From: Candidatus Hydrogenedentales bacterium
Lineage (GTDB): Bacteria > Hydrogenedentota > Hydrogenedentia > Hydrogenedentales > GCA-2746185
Direction: 5' to 3'
DNA: 64,000 nt
Assembly: GCA_038916785.1 (NCBI GenBank)
Contig: JBCLBO010000010.1
Coordinates: 2,933 to 66,932, forward strand
The translations under genes were made by a program, and so were the position numbers. Shown here in pieces: positions 54,037 to 62,396 of the stretch (its first letter is position 1; each line of letters opens with the position of its first letter). A model generated the notes under the pieces. That model saw only the letters and a list, made by a program, of their open reading frames with translations. It ran no database searches and had not been told where the DNA came from.

Positions 54037-55971
54037 CTATTCTCCCAAGAGGTACTGCTGCGAGAAGAGGGCGGTGGCGTAGAACGCGTAGTCCGCGTTT
54101 GGCTTTTTCAGGAAGCCGTGGCCTTCGTCGTTGAAGAGCAGATACCAGACGGGGGTGCCGGTGTTTTTTAGCGCGGCGACGATCTGGTCGGACTCGGACT
54201 TCGGCACGCGGGGGTCGTTCACGCCATGCTGGACCATCATCGGTTTGCGGATTTGGTCGACGTGCGCCATCGGCGCGGTGCGCTCCATCCATGCGCGGGT
54301 CTCGGGGTCGCGCTCGTCGCCATATTCCGCGCGGCGCAGGTCGCGGCGGTAACCCTGCGTGTTTTCGAGGAGCGAGCGGAGATTCGAGATACCAAAGAGA
54401 TTGACCGAGCAGGCAATTTTGTCGGAGTAGCGCGTGGCCGTGGCGAGCGTCATATGGCCGCCGTAGCTGCCACCGTAGATCATGATGCGCTTGGGATCGA
54501 GGCCGGGCTGTTCGCCGATCCAGTCGAGTAGCGCGCCGATGTCTTCGTAGGTGCCTTCGCGTTTCGTGCCGTTGTCGAGGCCGACGAAAGTTTTTCCGTA
54601 GCCGGCAGAGCCGCGCACGTTCGGGTAGATGAGCGCGATGCCCAGTTCGTTCAGAAAATAATTCCATCGGCCCTGGAAGCCTGGACGGGACTGGCCCTCC
54701 GGCCCGCCGTGAATGATGACGACGACCGGGCGCAGGCCGGTGAACTTCGCTGGTGGACGGTTCATGAAGCCGGTGATCTCGCGCCCGTCGAAGGATTTCC
54801 AGGCGATGGGTTCTGCATCGGGCCAACCGTCAGTTGAAAGGCCGGTTTCGCCGTAGGACCAGCATTCGATGCTGCCGGATGAGACCGTCTTCACCCAAAC
54901 GGAGCCCGGGTTGCGCACACCGCTCATCGTGAAGGCCAGATGGTCGGAGTCGTTGTGCCACTGTAGGCCGAATGTGAGGCCGAGCACTCCGCCGCTGGGG
55001 CCGGAGTCGTATCGGCCGGAGGACGCGTCGGCAATTACGAAGCGGCCGGATCCGTTCTCGTTGACAACGAAGGCGATGTGCTTTCCGTCGGGTGAGAGGT
55101 CGAATTCCTCGACGTCCCAGGGGATTTTCGCCGAGAACGATTCGGAGGAAAAATCATCGAAGCGATAAGAACGGAGTTGTTTGAACTCCGAGCCTTCGTC
55201 TGACGTGCAATAGAACCAGCGGCCCTTGGGTTCGAACTCTCCGCCGCGGTAGGAGATCTCGGCCTTGTCGTCACGCGGGAGCAGCTTCTTCATTTCGCCC
55301 GACGGGACGTCGAGCAACCACACGCGGCTGTTGGTGACGGAGATGTATTCGTTGAGCAGCAGTTGCTTGCCATCGGGCGACCAATCCGTCGCACCCCAGC
55401 CGCCGCCGCGCATAGTCGTGATCTTGCGCGCAGTCTCCGGCTTGAGCGGATCCACAGTCCAGAATTCGGTGAAGGCGCCGTTCGCGTCGGAGTCCACACG
55501 CTCATACGCGAGCAACCCCTTCGCTTTCGAGCGCGGCCCGAGGGAGTGGCGACTCTTGCCGTCCGTCAGCAGCACGCGCTCGCCGGTCTTGGGATCGAAG
55601 CGGTAAATCTGGAAAAATTCGTTGCCGCCAGTGTCCATGCGAATCGTGAACGAGCTGTCGTCTACGAACTCGCCCACGCCGAGCACGGGTTCGCCGAAGA
55701 ACGTGAGCTGTTCGCGCATGCCGCCCGGCTGCGTGACGCGGTGCACCTGGTTCGTGTCGCCGAAGCGCGTGGTGATGAGCATTTCGAGACGATCGGGGTG
55801 CCACTGCGCGAAGGTCGAAGCGCGGTAGTTCCCGTAGCGGTCGATTTTTTCGACCAGCTCGCGCGGCACAGGCGGGATGCCGTCGGTGGTGATGTTCGCG
55901 GCCGGGGCCAGCGCCTCCTGCGCGAAGGCGGGCAGAGCAGCGAGCAGGAAACACGTGGCGATTATTTTCAT
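54037..55971 (-). CDS. S9 family serine peptidase (beta-propeller + prolyl-oligopeptidase catalytic domain)
   Basis: ATG 55971 gives the signal peptide MKIIATCFLLAALPAFAQEA. TolB-like propeller repeats. Catalytic GGSYGG and a C-terminal D/H region (FNDEGHGF). The 138-aa ORF-track extension was rejected. Confidence 0.85.
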   Translation of the reverse strand: MKIIATCFLLAALPAFAQEALAPAANITTDGIPPVPRELVEKIDRYGNYRASTFAQWHPDRLEMLITTRFGDTNQVHRVTQPGGMREQLTFFGEPVLGVGEFVDDSSFTIRMDTGGNEFFQIYRFDPKTGERVLLTDGKSRHSLGPRSKAKGLLAYERVDSDANGAFTEFWTVDPLKPETARKITTMRGGGWGATDWSPDGKQLLLNEYISVTNSRVWLLDVPSGEMKKLLPRDDKAEISYRGGEFEPKGRWFYCTSDEGSEFKQLRSYRFDDFSSESFSAKIPWDVEEFDLSPDGKHIAFVVNENGSGRFVIADASSGRYDSGPSGGVLGLTFGLQWHNDSDHLAFTMSGVRNPGSVWVKTVSSGSIECWSYGETGLSTDGWPDAEPIAWKSFDGREITGFMNRPPAKFTGLRPVVVIIHGGPEGQSRPGFQGRWNYFLNELGIALIYPNVRGSAGYGKTFVGLDNGTKREGTYEDIGALLDWIGEQPGLDPKRIMIYGGSYGGHMTLATATRYSDKIACSVNLFGISNLRSLLENTQGYRRDLRRAEYGDERDPETRAWMERTAPMAHVDQIRKPMMVQHGVNDPRVPKSESDQIVAALKNTGTPVWYLLFNDEGHGFLKKPNADYAFYATALFSQQYLLGE

Positions 55972-56400
55972 GGCGCGGGCCTCCGACTGGTGCGTGCATG
56001 CTACCAGACGGCAACGCGCGCTGATGCGCAAAATGGCTGCGATTCCTGACCACCAGCCGATGCCCTCTATAGATACGTATGGTTTGTTGCACTGGGCGTT
56101 GGGAATTATGGGAATCATGTGAGATATGGGAATGACGTGGTCTCGGCAGCGCGAGTGCGAAACTAAGGTCCAAGCGGCGAGACGCCGCTTCCACTTTGCG
56201 GGGTGCGAAACAAGGTTCTTGACGGAATTTCGCAGAATGGTTCTGGAGTAGCAAGTGATTCCTGAAGTGGAAGCGGTGGTCTGAGGCTGATGAAGGACCA
56301 GGTGAATGCGGCGCTCAGAACCGATTGACTTCCGCCCGTTGCCATTCCGGCCTCCGGCGCCGCGAAACGTCTCCCGCGAATTCACGGATCGCCGGGCTGT

Positions 56401-57003
56401 TTATACAATGGGTCGTTTTCTCGGTACGAAGCGGCCGGTACCCTGCATGTAGGTCCGATACGCGTCGCCAAAGCGCGCCAGCAGTTTCGCCTCTTCCGTT
56501 CGCGTGCGGGCGACGAGCAGGGCCAAGACCACCGCGCCGATCACGAACATAAACCAGTTCGCCGCCATCAGAGAGATCGCCAGGACCAGCAACGCCGCGC
56601 AGTCGTAGAAAGGGTGCCGGACCCAGCGATAGGGGCCGTGTGTGACCAGCGTGTGCGCTTGGCGCGTGACGACGGTATCCGTCAGGTTCGTTCCAAGGCT
56701 ACGGAGCGTCCAGGTGAGCAGCCCAACGGCAATGGCGCCCACCCCCGCCCCCGTCCACCGCAGCCACACTGGGAGGGGCACCGACGACCAAGCCATCCAG
56801 GCCGGATTGACCATGTAGGCGATGAACCCCAGCCAAAGCAGGAGACCGAGGGGGCGCAGCGTCGCCAGGATGAACAAGCCTTCTTGGCGTCGATCGAGCT
56901 TCTCGCCCGAGGCCTGGGACTTGAGGCGGTGGTACAGACCGATGGGTATGAACAGCAGAAAGCCGACGAGGAGGACGGCGCGAAAGGTGGCATCCTGGTT
57001 CAT
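56401..57003 (-). CDS. Isoprenylcysteine carboxyl methyltransferase (ICMT)/phospholipid methyltransferase family membrane protein
   Basis: ATG 57003. Multiple TM helices and the THGPYRWVRHPFY motif. Confidence 0.7.
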   Translation of the reverse strand: MNQDATFRAVLLVGFLLFIPIGLYHRLKSQASGEKLDRRQEGLFILATLRPLGLLLWLGFIAYMVNPAWMAWSSVPLPVWLRWTGAGVGAIAVGLLTWTLRSLGTNLTDTVVTRQAHTLVTHGPYRWVRHPFYDCAALLVLAISLMAANWFMFVIGAVVLALLVARTRTEEAKLLARFGDAYRTYMQGTGRFVPRKRPIV

Positions 57004-57391
57004 CGCTGATCGAGCTCCCGTATTGCGACCGAATGCTGGCAGATTGCGGGCAAGAAAGGCCAAAGGAAGGAAAAGCAGTCATAAGTGCCCCGTTATCCAT
57101 CAGAATGCGAGGCCCTGCCGCCTTCGCGAGGCCAGAGAATCCAGGTCGCGGCGCATCCGGCGTAATGGGTTTGCGTGCGAATTTTTGTCCGCATGAGGCG
57201 GACGGCCAACGGCGGGAGGCCGGCGGTGAGCACGGCGGCGCCCGCCTTCTCGTTGCTCAGTTCCCCGGATCGCGCGATTCATACCTGCGCTCGACCTGCG
57301 AGCGCCTGTCTACCGCCACGCCGGGCGTGCGCCCGACCCCGCGAACGCTATATTGGAATACGGGCGCGCGGGACGCTCACTTCGATACAGG

Positions 57392-57397
57392 TATAAT
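57392..57397 (+). promoter_or_regulatory. -10 element candidate (TATAAT) for recQ
   Basis: Perfect TATAAT 28 nt upstream of the recQ ATG. No convincing -35. Confidence 0.35.
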
Positions 57398-57424
57398 CGG
57401 GATTTCGAAGGGGAATCATCCGGC

Positions 57425-59596
57425 ATGGATTCGACGCGTGACATTCTCAAGAAGTACTGGGGCTACGATTCGTTCCGGCCGTTGCAGCCGGAGGCGATCG
57501 CGTGCGTGCTGGAGCGGCGGGACTCGGTGGTGGTGCTGCCGACGGGCGGCGGGAAGTCGGTGTGCTACCAGTTGCCCGCGCTGGCGATGGACGGCATGGC
57601 GATCGTGGTGTCACCGCTGATCTCGCTGATGAAGGACCAGGTGGACGCGCTGCGGGCGAACGGCGTCGCGGCGGCGAGCATCCACAGCATGCTCACGCCC
57701 GAGGAGCGGCGCGCGGCCTCGCAGGGGCTCGCGGGGAGCGCGATCACGCTGTTGTACGTTTCGCCGGAGCGGCTGGCGATGCCGGACTTCATCGAGTACT
57801 TGCAGCGCTTCAAGATTTCCTTTGTTGCGATCGACGAGGCGCATTGCATCAGCCACTGGGGCCACGACTTCCGGCCGGAGTACCGCGCGTTGCGCGCGCT
57901 GAAGACGCATTTCCCGGGAATCGCGATTCACGCGTTTACTGCGACGGCGACGGAGCAGGTGCGCGCGGACATATCTGAACAGCTCGGCCTCGCTTCGCCC
58001 GAGGAGATCGTCGGCGATTTCGATCGGCCGAATCTCGTGTTTCGCGTCGAGCGGCGCGCGGACGAGTTCGCGCAGTTGCGCAGCGTGATCGATCGGCATC
58101 CGGGCGACTCCGGAATTGTGTACTGCATTTCGCGCCGGAAGGTGGACGACATCGCGGAGCAACTCCAAAAGATAGGACTGAAGGCAGCGGCATATCACGC
58201 TGGGATGACGGACGAGGCGCGAAGGTGGAACCAGGACGCCTTCATCCGCGAGGATGTCGATATTGTCGTGGCGACGGTCGCTTTCGGCATGGGCATCGAC
58301 AAGTCGAACGTGCGCTACGTCGTGCATCTGGGCATGCCGAAATCGCTGGAGCACTATCAGCAGGAATGCGGCCGTGCGGGGCGCGACGGGCTCGAGGCGG
58401 AGTGCTGCCTCTTTCACTCCGGCTCGGACTTTATGATTTGGAAGAAGATGCTGGGCGGCGAGACCGAAGAAGGCGGCCGGGTCGCGCTCAAGAAGTTGAA
58501 CGACATGATGAACTATTGCGCGGGCGCGCGGTGCCGCCACCGCAGCCTCAAGGAGTATTTCGGCCAAACCTACGCGCAGGAGAATTGCGGCGCATGCGAC
58601 ATGTGCCTGGGCGAGGCGGATGTGATGCCGGGCGCGTTGGAGATTGCGCAGAAGATCCTATCGTGCGTGGTTCGGCTGGGCGAGATGGCCGGGCCGAGCT
58701 ACACGGCGCTCGTGCTCGTCGGATCGCGCGAGAAGCGCGTGCTCGACAAGGGGCACGACCAGTTGAGCACTTGGGGAATTCTCTCCGGGCATCCGGTCAC
58801 TCAGATTCGCGACTGGATCGAGCAACTCGCCGGACAGGGTTACCTTCAGAAGATTGGCGAGTTCAATGTATTGCAGGTGACGGTGTCCGGCCGGGATCTG
58901 CTGAAGGGACTGGAGACCCCGCGTCTGCTCCAGGCGCAGGCGGCGGCCGGCGTGCGCAAAAAGTCCGCTGGCGAGAGCCAGTCCTGGGAAGGCGTCGATC
59001 AGGGGCTCTTCGAGCGCCTGCGGACCCTGCGCAAATCGATCGCGGACGGGCGCGGCGTGCCGGCCTTTGTGATTTTCGGGGACGCGTCGCTGCGCGACAT
59101 GGCGCGGAGGCGTCCGACGAGTCTCGATGGCTTCCTGCTGGTGCATGGCGTCGGGCGGAAAAAGTGCGACGATCTCGGCGACGCCTTTGTCTCCGAGATC
59201 CGGCGGTACTGCGAGGAGGGCGGCGTGTCGACGGACGTCGCCGTGACCTTCGCACCGGCGCCGCGCGCCGCGGCGCCCCGCGTGAAATCCACGAACAAGA
59301 CCGCGCGCGATGCGTTTCAATTGTTCGAAATGGGCCAGTCGATTGCCGAGGCGGCGGAACACCTCGGGCGCGCGGAGTCGACCGTGTATCAGTATCTGGA
59401 GGAGTACGTCCGCGATCGCGAGCTGACCGACCCGCAGCCGTGGGTGGATTCCGAGTTGTTCGCGCGCGTGCGGGATGCGGTGAAGGCGGTAGGGCAGGGC
59501 GCGTTGAAGCCGATTTTCCTGCACCTGAACGAGGAAGTGCCGTACAACCAGATTCGGATTGCCGTGGCCTGCCTGCGCAATGGGGAATCGGCCTGA
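57425..59596 (+). CDS. recQ: ATP-dependent DNA helicase RecQ with C-terminal HRDC and extra HTH-like tail
   Basis: ATG 57425. FRPLQ, PTGGGKS, DEAHCISHWGHDFRPEY, zinc-finger Cys cluster CRHR...CGACDMC, HRDC-like region, C-terminal AEHLGRAESTVYQYLEEY. Confidence 0.9.
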   Translation: MDSTRDILKKYWGYDSFRPLQPEAIACVLERRDSVVVLPTGGGKSVCYQLPALAMDGMAIVVSPLISLMKDQVDALRANGVAAASIHSMLTPEERRAASQGLAGSAITLLYVSPERLAMPDFIEYLQRFKISFVAIDEAHCISHWGHDFRPEYRALRALKTHFPGIAIHAFTATATEQVRADISEQLGLASPEEIVGDFDRPNLVFRVERRADEFAQLRSVIDRHPGDSGIVYCISRRKVDDIAEQLQKIGLKAAAYHAGMTDEARRWNQDAFIREDVDIVVATVAFGMGIDKSNVRYVVHLGMPKSLEHYQQECGRAGRDGLEAECCLFHSGSDFMIWKKMLGGETEEGGRVALKKLNDMMNYCAGARCRHRSLKEYFGQTYAQENCGACDMCLGEADVMPGALEIAQKILSCVVRLGEMAGPSYTALVLVGSREKRVLDKGHDQLSTWGILSGHPVTQIRDWIEQLAGQGYLQKIGEFNVLQVTVSGRDLLKGLETPRLLQAQAAAGVRKKSAGESQSWEGVDQGLFERLRTLRKSIADGRGVPAFVIFGDASLRDMARRRPTSLDGFLLVHGVGRKKCDDLGDAFVSEIRRYCEEGGVSTDVAVTFAPAPRAAAPRVKSTNKTARDAFQLFEMGQSIAEAAEHLGRAESTVYQYLEEYVRDRELTDPQPWVDSELFARVRDAVKAVGQGALKPIFLHLNEEVPYNQIRIAVACLRNGESA

Positions 59597-59756
59597 AACC
59601 TTTTATGCTAAAGGCCTGTAACAAATCCCAACGATCGTAGCATGGGCGGCTCGCCCATGCGGGTTCATGGCAGCCGGAGTCGGGTATTGTGAGAACCTTT
59701 AACTAGCCGGTGATCAATCTGAGTCACTTGTGTGTTCTCCACTCCGGAACTTTCAC

Positions 59757-59964
59757 TTTTGTCATTCTGAGCGGTAGCGAAGAATCTCCCCGCCGGTCCG
59801 CCGAAAGACATACCCTGATCTGTCCGCAACGGGCCCAGCGCGATCTATTTCTGCACCGTGAAGTGATCCATGTGTACCACCGGCTATTCTGACGTTGAGT
59901 CTCAGTGTCGTGGCTTCCGGTTAACAGACGGGGAGATTCTTCGCTACCGCTCAGAATGACAAAA
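59757..59964. repeat. MITE-like unit: perfect 36-bp inverted repeats flanking 136 nt
   Basis: TTTTGTCATTCTGAGCGGTAGCGAAGAATCTCCCCG (59757-59792) and its exact reverse complement (59929-59964). A solo arm-like copy sits at 40378-40400. Confidence 0.85.
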
Positions 59965-60103
59965 AAATGGGATTGTCGGTGGAAGAGATTGCTTCGCCGC
60001 TGTGCTCCTTGTAGGTTTGTTTTGCGTTTCCCTTATGCTGACGAGTGTGAAGAATCGGGGCCGGCGGGGGGAGAGGTTCCTCGCAACGACGAAGAAGGGC
60101 TGC

Positions 60104-60481
60104 GACGCGAATTCACTACTGTCCCAACGTTGGAATCATTGTCGTGTGAAAGTGGTTGATCGTGCTTGACTTACAATGGGAAATTGTCGTGATCGACTTG
60201 AAATCGAAAACGCTGCGTTGCGGCCTATCCGTGATTTCACGGATGGGAGCGCCAGGTAGAACGCCGTCAGGACCCAAATTTGGATAGCCATGTGCATCTA
60301 CGTGCTCGTCGCCATCGACCACCGCCTCTACAGCATTCTACAGATTTTGAGCGTCATCCTTGTTCGAGAAAACGCCCATTTTACACGTCGTTTCACAACC
60401 CCCGCCCGACAAAGTCGCGCCCGATCCTTCAAACCAGTTGATTCTATTCGATTAACGTTGGGACAGTAGTGACGCGAATTC
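60104..60481 (+). mobile_element. Internally deleted IS4-family insertion sequence relic with terminal inverted repeats and 11-bp direct repeat
   Basis: Direct repeat GACGCGAATTC at 60104-60114 and 60471-60481. TIRs ACTACTGTCCCAACGTT (60115-60131) and AACGTTGGGACAGTAGT (60454-60470). The interior encodes a decayed transposase C-terminus, LEIENAALRPIRDF..NAVRTQIWIAMCIYVLVAI..LYSILQILSVIL then, in another frame, FEKTPILHVVSQPPPDKVAPDPSNQLILFD*, with the stop abutting the right TIR. Confidence 0.7.
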
Positions 60482-60615
60482 ATTCTTCATCGGCTGGAAG
60501 CAGATGCCACCGAACGGCACTCCATCTTCTTCGGCCGGAGTCCGACGCCACCGGAGAGCGGCGTGTCTTGTTCGGCGTGTGGTAGGCTTTCTGGGTTTGG
60601 AGGAGAGGTTTTGGA

Positions 60616-61713
60616 ATGACGAAGACACATTCAATAGCGGTGCTCGAAGGTGACGGGATCGGGCCGGAAATCATGGCCGAGGCGCTGGCCGTCTTGCGCG
60701 TGATCGGCGAGCAGGCGGGGGTGAAGTTTGCGCTGCACCCGGCGCCGTTTGGCGGGCGGGCGTATTTCGAGACGGGCAGCGCGTTTCCGGACGAGACGAA
60801 GGCGGTCTGCGATAGGTGCGACGCGATCCTCAAGGGGCCGATCGGGTTGAGCTTCGAGGAATCGAAGAAGATTCCCGTGGACGAGCAGCCCGAGCGCGGG
60901 GCGCTGTTGCCGTTGCGCCGGCGGTACGACACCTACGCGAATTTCCGGCCGGTGTATCTGCCGCCGGAGTTGGCGCATTTCTCGCCGCTCAAGCCGCGCG
61001 TGGTCGGTGGTGGGATCGACCTGATGATGATCCGCGAGTTGGTCGGGGGGCTGTACTTCGGCGAGAAGGAGACGGGGAAAAAGGCGGACGGCACGCGCTA
61101 CGTGCGCGAGTCGCTGGACTACGACGAGCACCAGATCGCGCGCATCCTGCATGTGGCGTTCAAGGAATCGATGCGGCGCAAGCGCGTGCTGCACAACGTG
61201 CACAAGAGCAACGTGCTCAAGTCGAGCGTGCTGTGGTGTGAGGTGCTCGACGAAGTGGCGCGGGACTATCCGGAGGTGCAGGTGAAGCAGATCATCGTGG
61301 ACGCGGCGGCGACCGCGCTCGTGCTCAATCCGCGGCAGTTCGACGTGATGGTGATGGAGAACATGTTCGGCGATATCCTGAGCGATCTCGGCGGCGGGCT
61401 GCTCGGATCGCTCGGGCTGATGCCTTCGGCGTGCATGGGCGACACGAAGTCGTATTACGAACCCTCGCACGGCAGCGCGCCGGACATCGCGGGCAAGGGC
61501 ATCGCGAATCCGTATTCGATGATCGGGTCGGTCGCGCTGATGCTGGAGAAGAGTTTCGGCATGGAGAAGGAGGCGCGCCGCGTGATGGACGCGATGGGCG
61601 CGGTCTTCGGCCAGGGCTTTACCACCGCCGATCTCTGCGATCCCGAGGGTAGGCTGCGGCCCGTCTCGACGCGCGAATTCGGAGAAAAGGTGGTCCGGCA
61701 ATTGACGGGTTGA
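60616..61713 (+). CDS. Isocitrate/isopropylmalate dehydrogenase family protein (3-isopropylmalate or tartrate/D-malate dehydrogenase-like)
   Basis: IAVLEGDGIGPEI N-terminus, NFRP, MENMFGDILSD, GSAPDIAGKGIANP motifs. RBS GGAGGAG upstream. Confidence 0.8.
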   Translation: MTKTHSIAVLEGDGIGPEIMAEALAVLRVIGEQAGVKFALHPAPFGGRAYFETGSAFPDETKAVCDRCDAILKGPIGLSFEESKKIPVDEQPERGALLPLRRRYDTYANFRPVYLPPELAHFSPLKPRVVGGGIDLMMIRELVGGLYFGEKETGKKADGTRYVRESLDYDEHQIARILHVAFKESMRRKRVLHNVHKSNVLKSSVLWCEVLDEVARDYPEVQVKQIIVDAAATALVLNPRQFDVMVMENMFGDILSDLGGGLLGSLGLMPSACMGDTKSYYEPSHGSAPDIAGKGIANPYSMIGSVALMLEKSFGMEKEARRVMDAMGAVFGQGFTTADLCDPEGRLRPVSTREFGEKVVRQLTG

Positions 61714-61850
61714 GACGCATTTGGCGGGCGAGGAGGGCCCGGTTGAATCGCTTCATCGCTGAGGACGCCGCCAAGGGCAGAGGTCTTTTTTAGACGGGAG
61801 CGACAGGATTGAACAGGTCTTGAAACGCATTCTCACTAGAGCGTTTTAAG

Positions 61851-62396
61851 TTAAGTCGTGGCCGCTTGGGCCGCCATTTCCGCTCCCGGAGCTGTGCGGT
61901 CCTTGGAGACGGTGACGAAGCGGGTGCCCTCCGGGTTGAAGGTGGCCCCGGTGACCTGCTCGCTGTGGCCCTTCATCGTGGCCAGTGGCGCGCCGGTGGC
62001 GGCGTCCCAGAGGCGTGCGGTGCCGTCGGCGGCGGACGAGACGATGTGGCGCCCGCCGCGAGCGAAGACGGCGCCCGTGACGAAGACCGTGTGGCCGCTC
62101 ATCGTGTGAAGGAGCGCGCCGGACTGCGCGTCAAAGAGCCGTGCGGTCCGATCGAGTGAAGCGGTCAGGACTTTCGTGCCCGAAGGGTCGAAGCAGGCCA
62201 TCGTGATGGAGCCCTTGTGTCCGGCGAGCGTGGCGAGGCTCTGTCCCGTCGCCGCGGCCCAGCGCCTGCTCGGGCGACAGGTAGTCCGGCGTGCCCATCA
62301 CTGACCCGATCTCCGTCTTCGAGTCCGGCCGATCGAGCGGCGTGCTGACGCGCACCGGCGAGGACGAGAGGGTCGCGCGCTCTGCGTTCTTTATGG
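61851..62396 (-). pseudogene. Decayed Ser/Thr-kinase--WD40 gene remnant
   Basis: One frame carries a kinase activation-segment motif (SKTEIGSVMGTPDYLSPEQALGRG, ~62255-62330). The next frame carries WD40 repeats (ATGQSLATLAGHKGSITMACFDPSGTKVLTASLDRTARLFD...), ending mid-repeat (SKDRTAPGAEMAAQAATT*). No N-lobe and no continuous frame. Confidence 0.5.

Noticed and set aside
52328-55971. GNAT + MNT/HEPN + S9 peptidase as a combined novel defence island
   Set aside because: Only the MNT/HEPN pair shows operonic coupling. The GNAT gene is separated by a spacer and the peptidase is convergent and carries a signal peptide. No integrase, repeats or compositional shift flank the region.
55972-56385. 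138-codon N-terminal extension of the S9 peptidase ORF
   Set aside because: The internal ATG at 55971 yields a canonical signal peptide (MKIIATCFLLAALPAFAQEA). The extension covers a repeat-containing spacer. Similar N-terminal extensions were rejected for queD (44375-44665), OsmC, the TlpA fusion, MIOX, P460, NUDIX, ComEA, actE, the methyltransferase and both pilins.
20122-60100. Dispersed palindromic repeats as a CRISPR array
   Set aside because: The REP-A to REP-D copies are kilobases apart, differ in family and sit at gene ends. There is no regular repeat-spacer periodicity and there are no cas genes.
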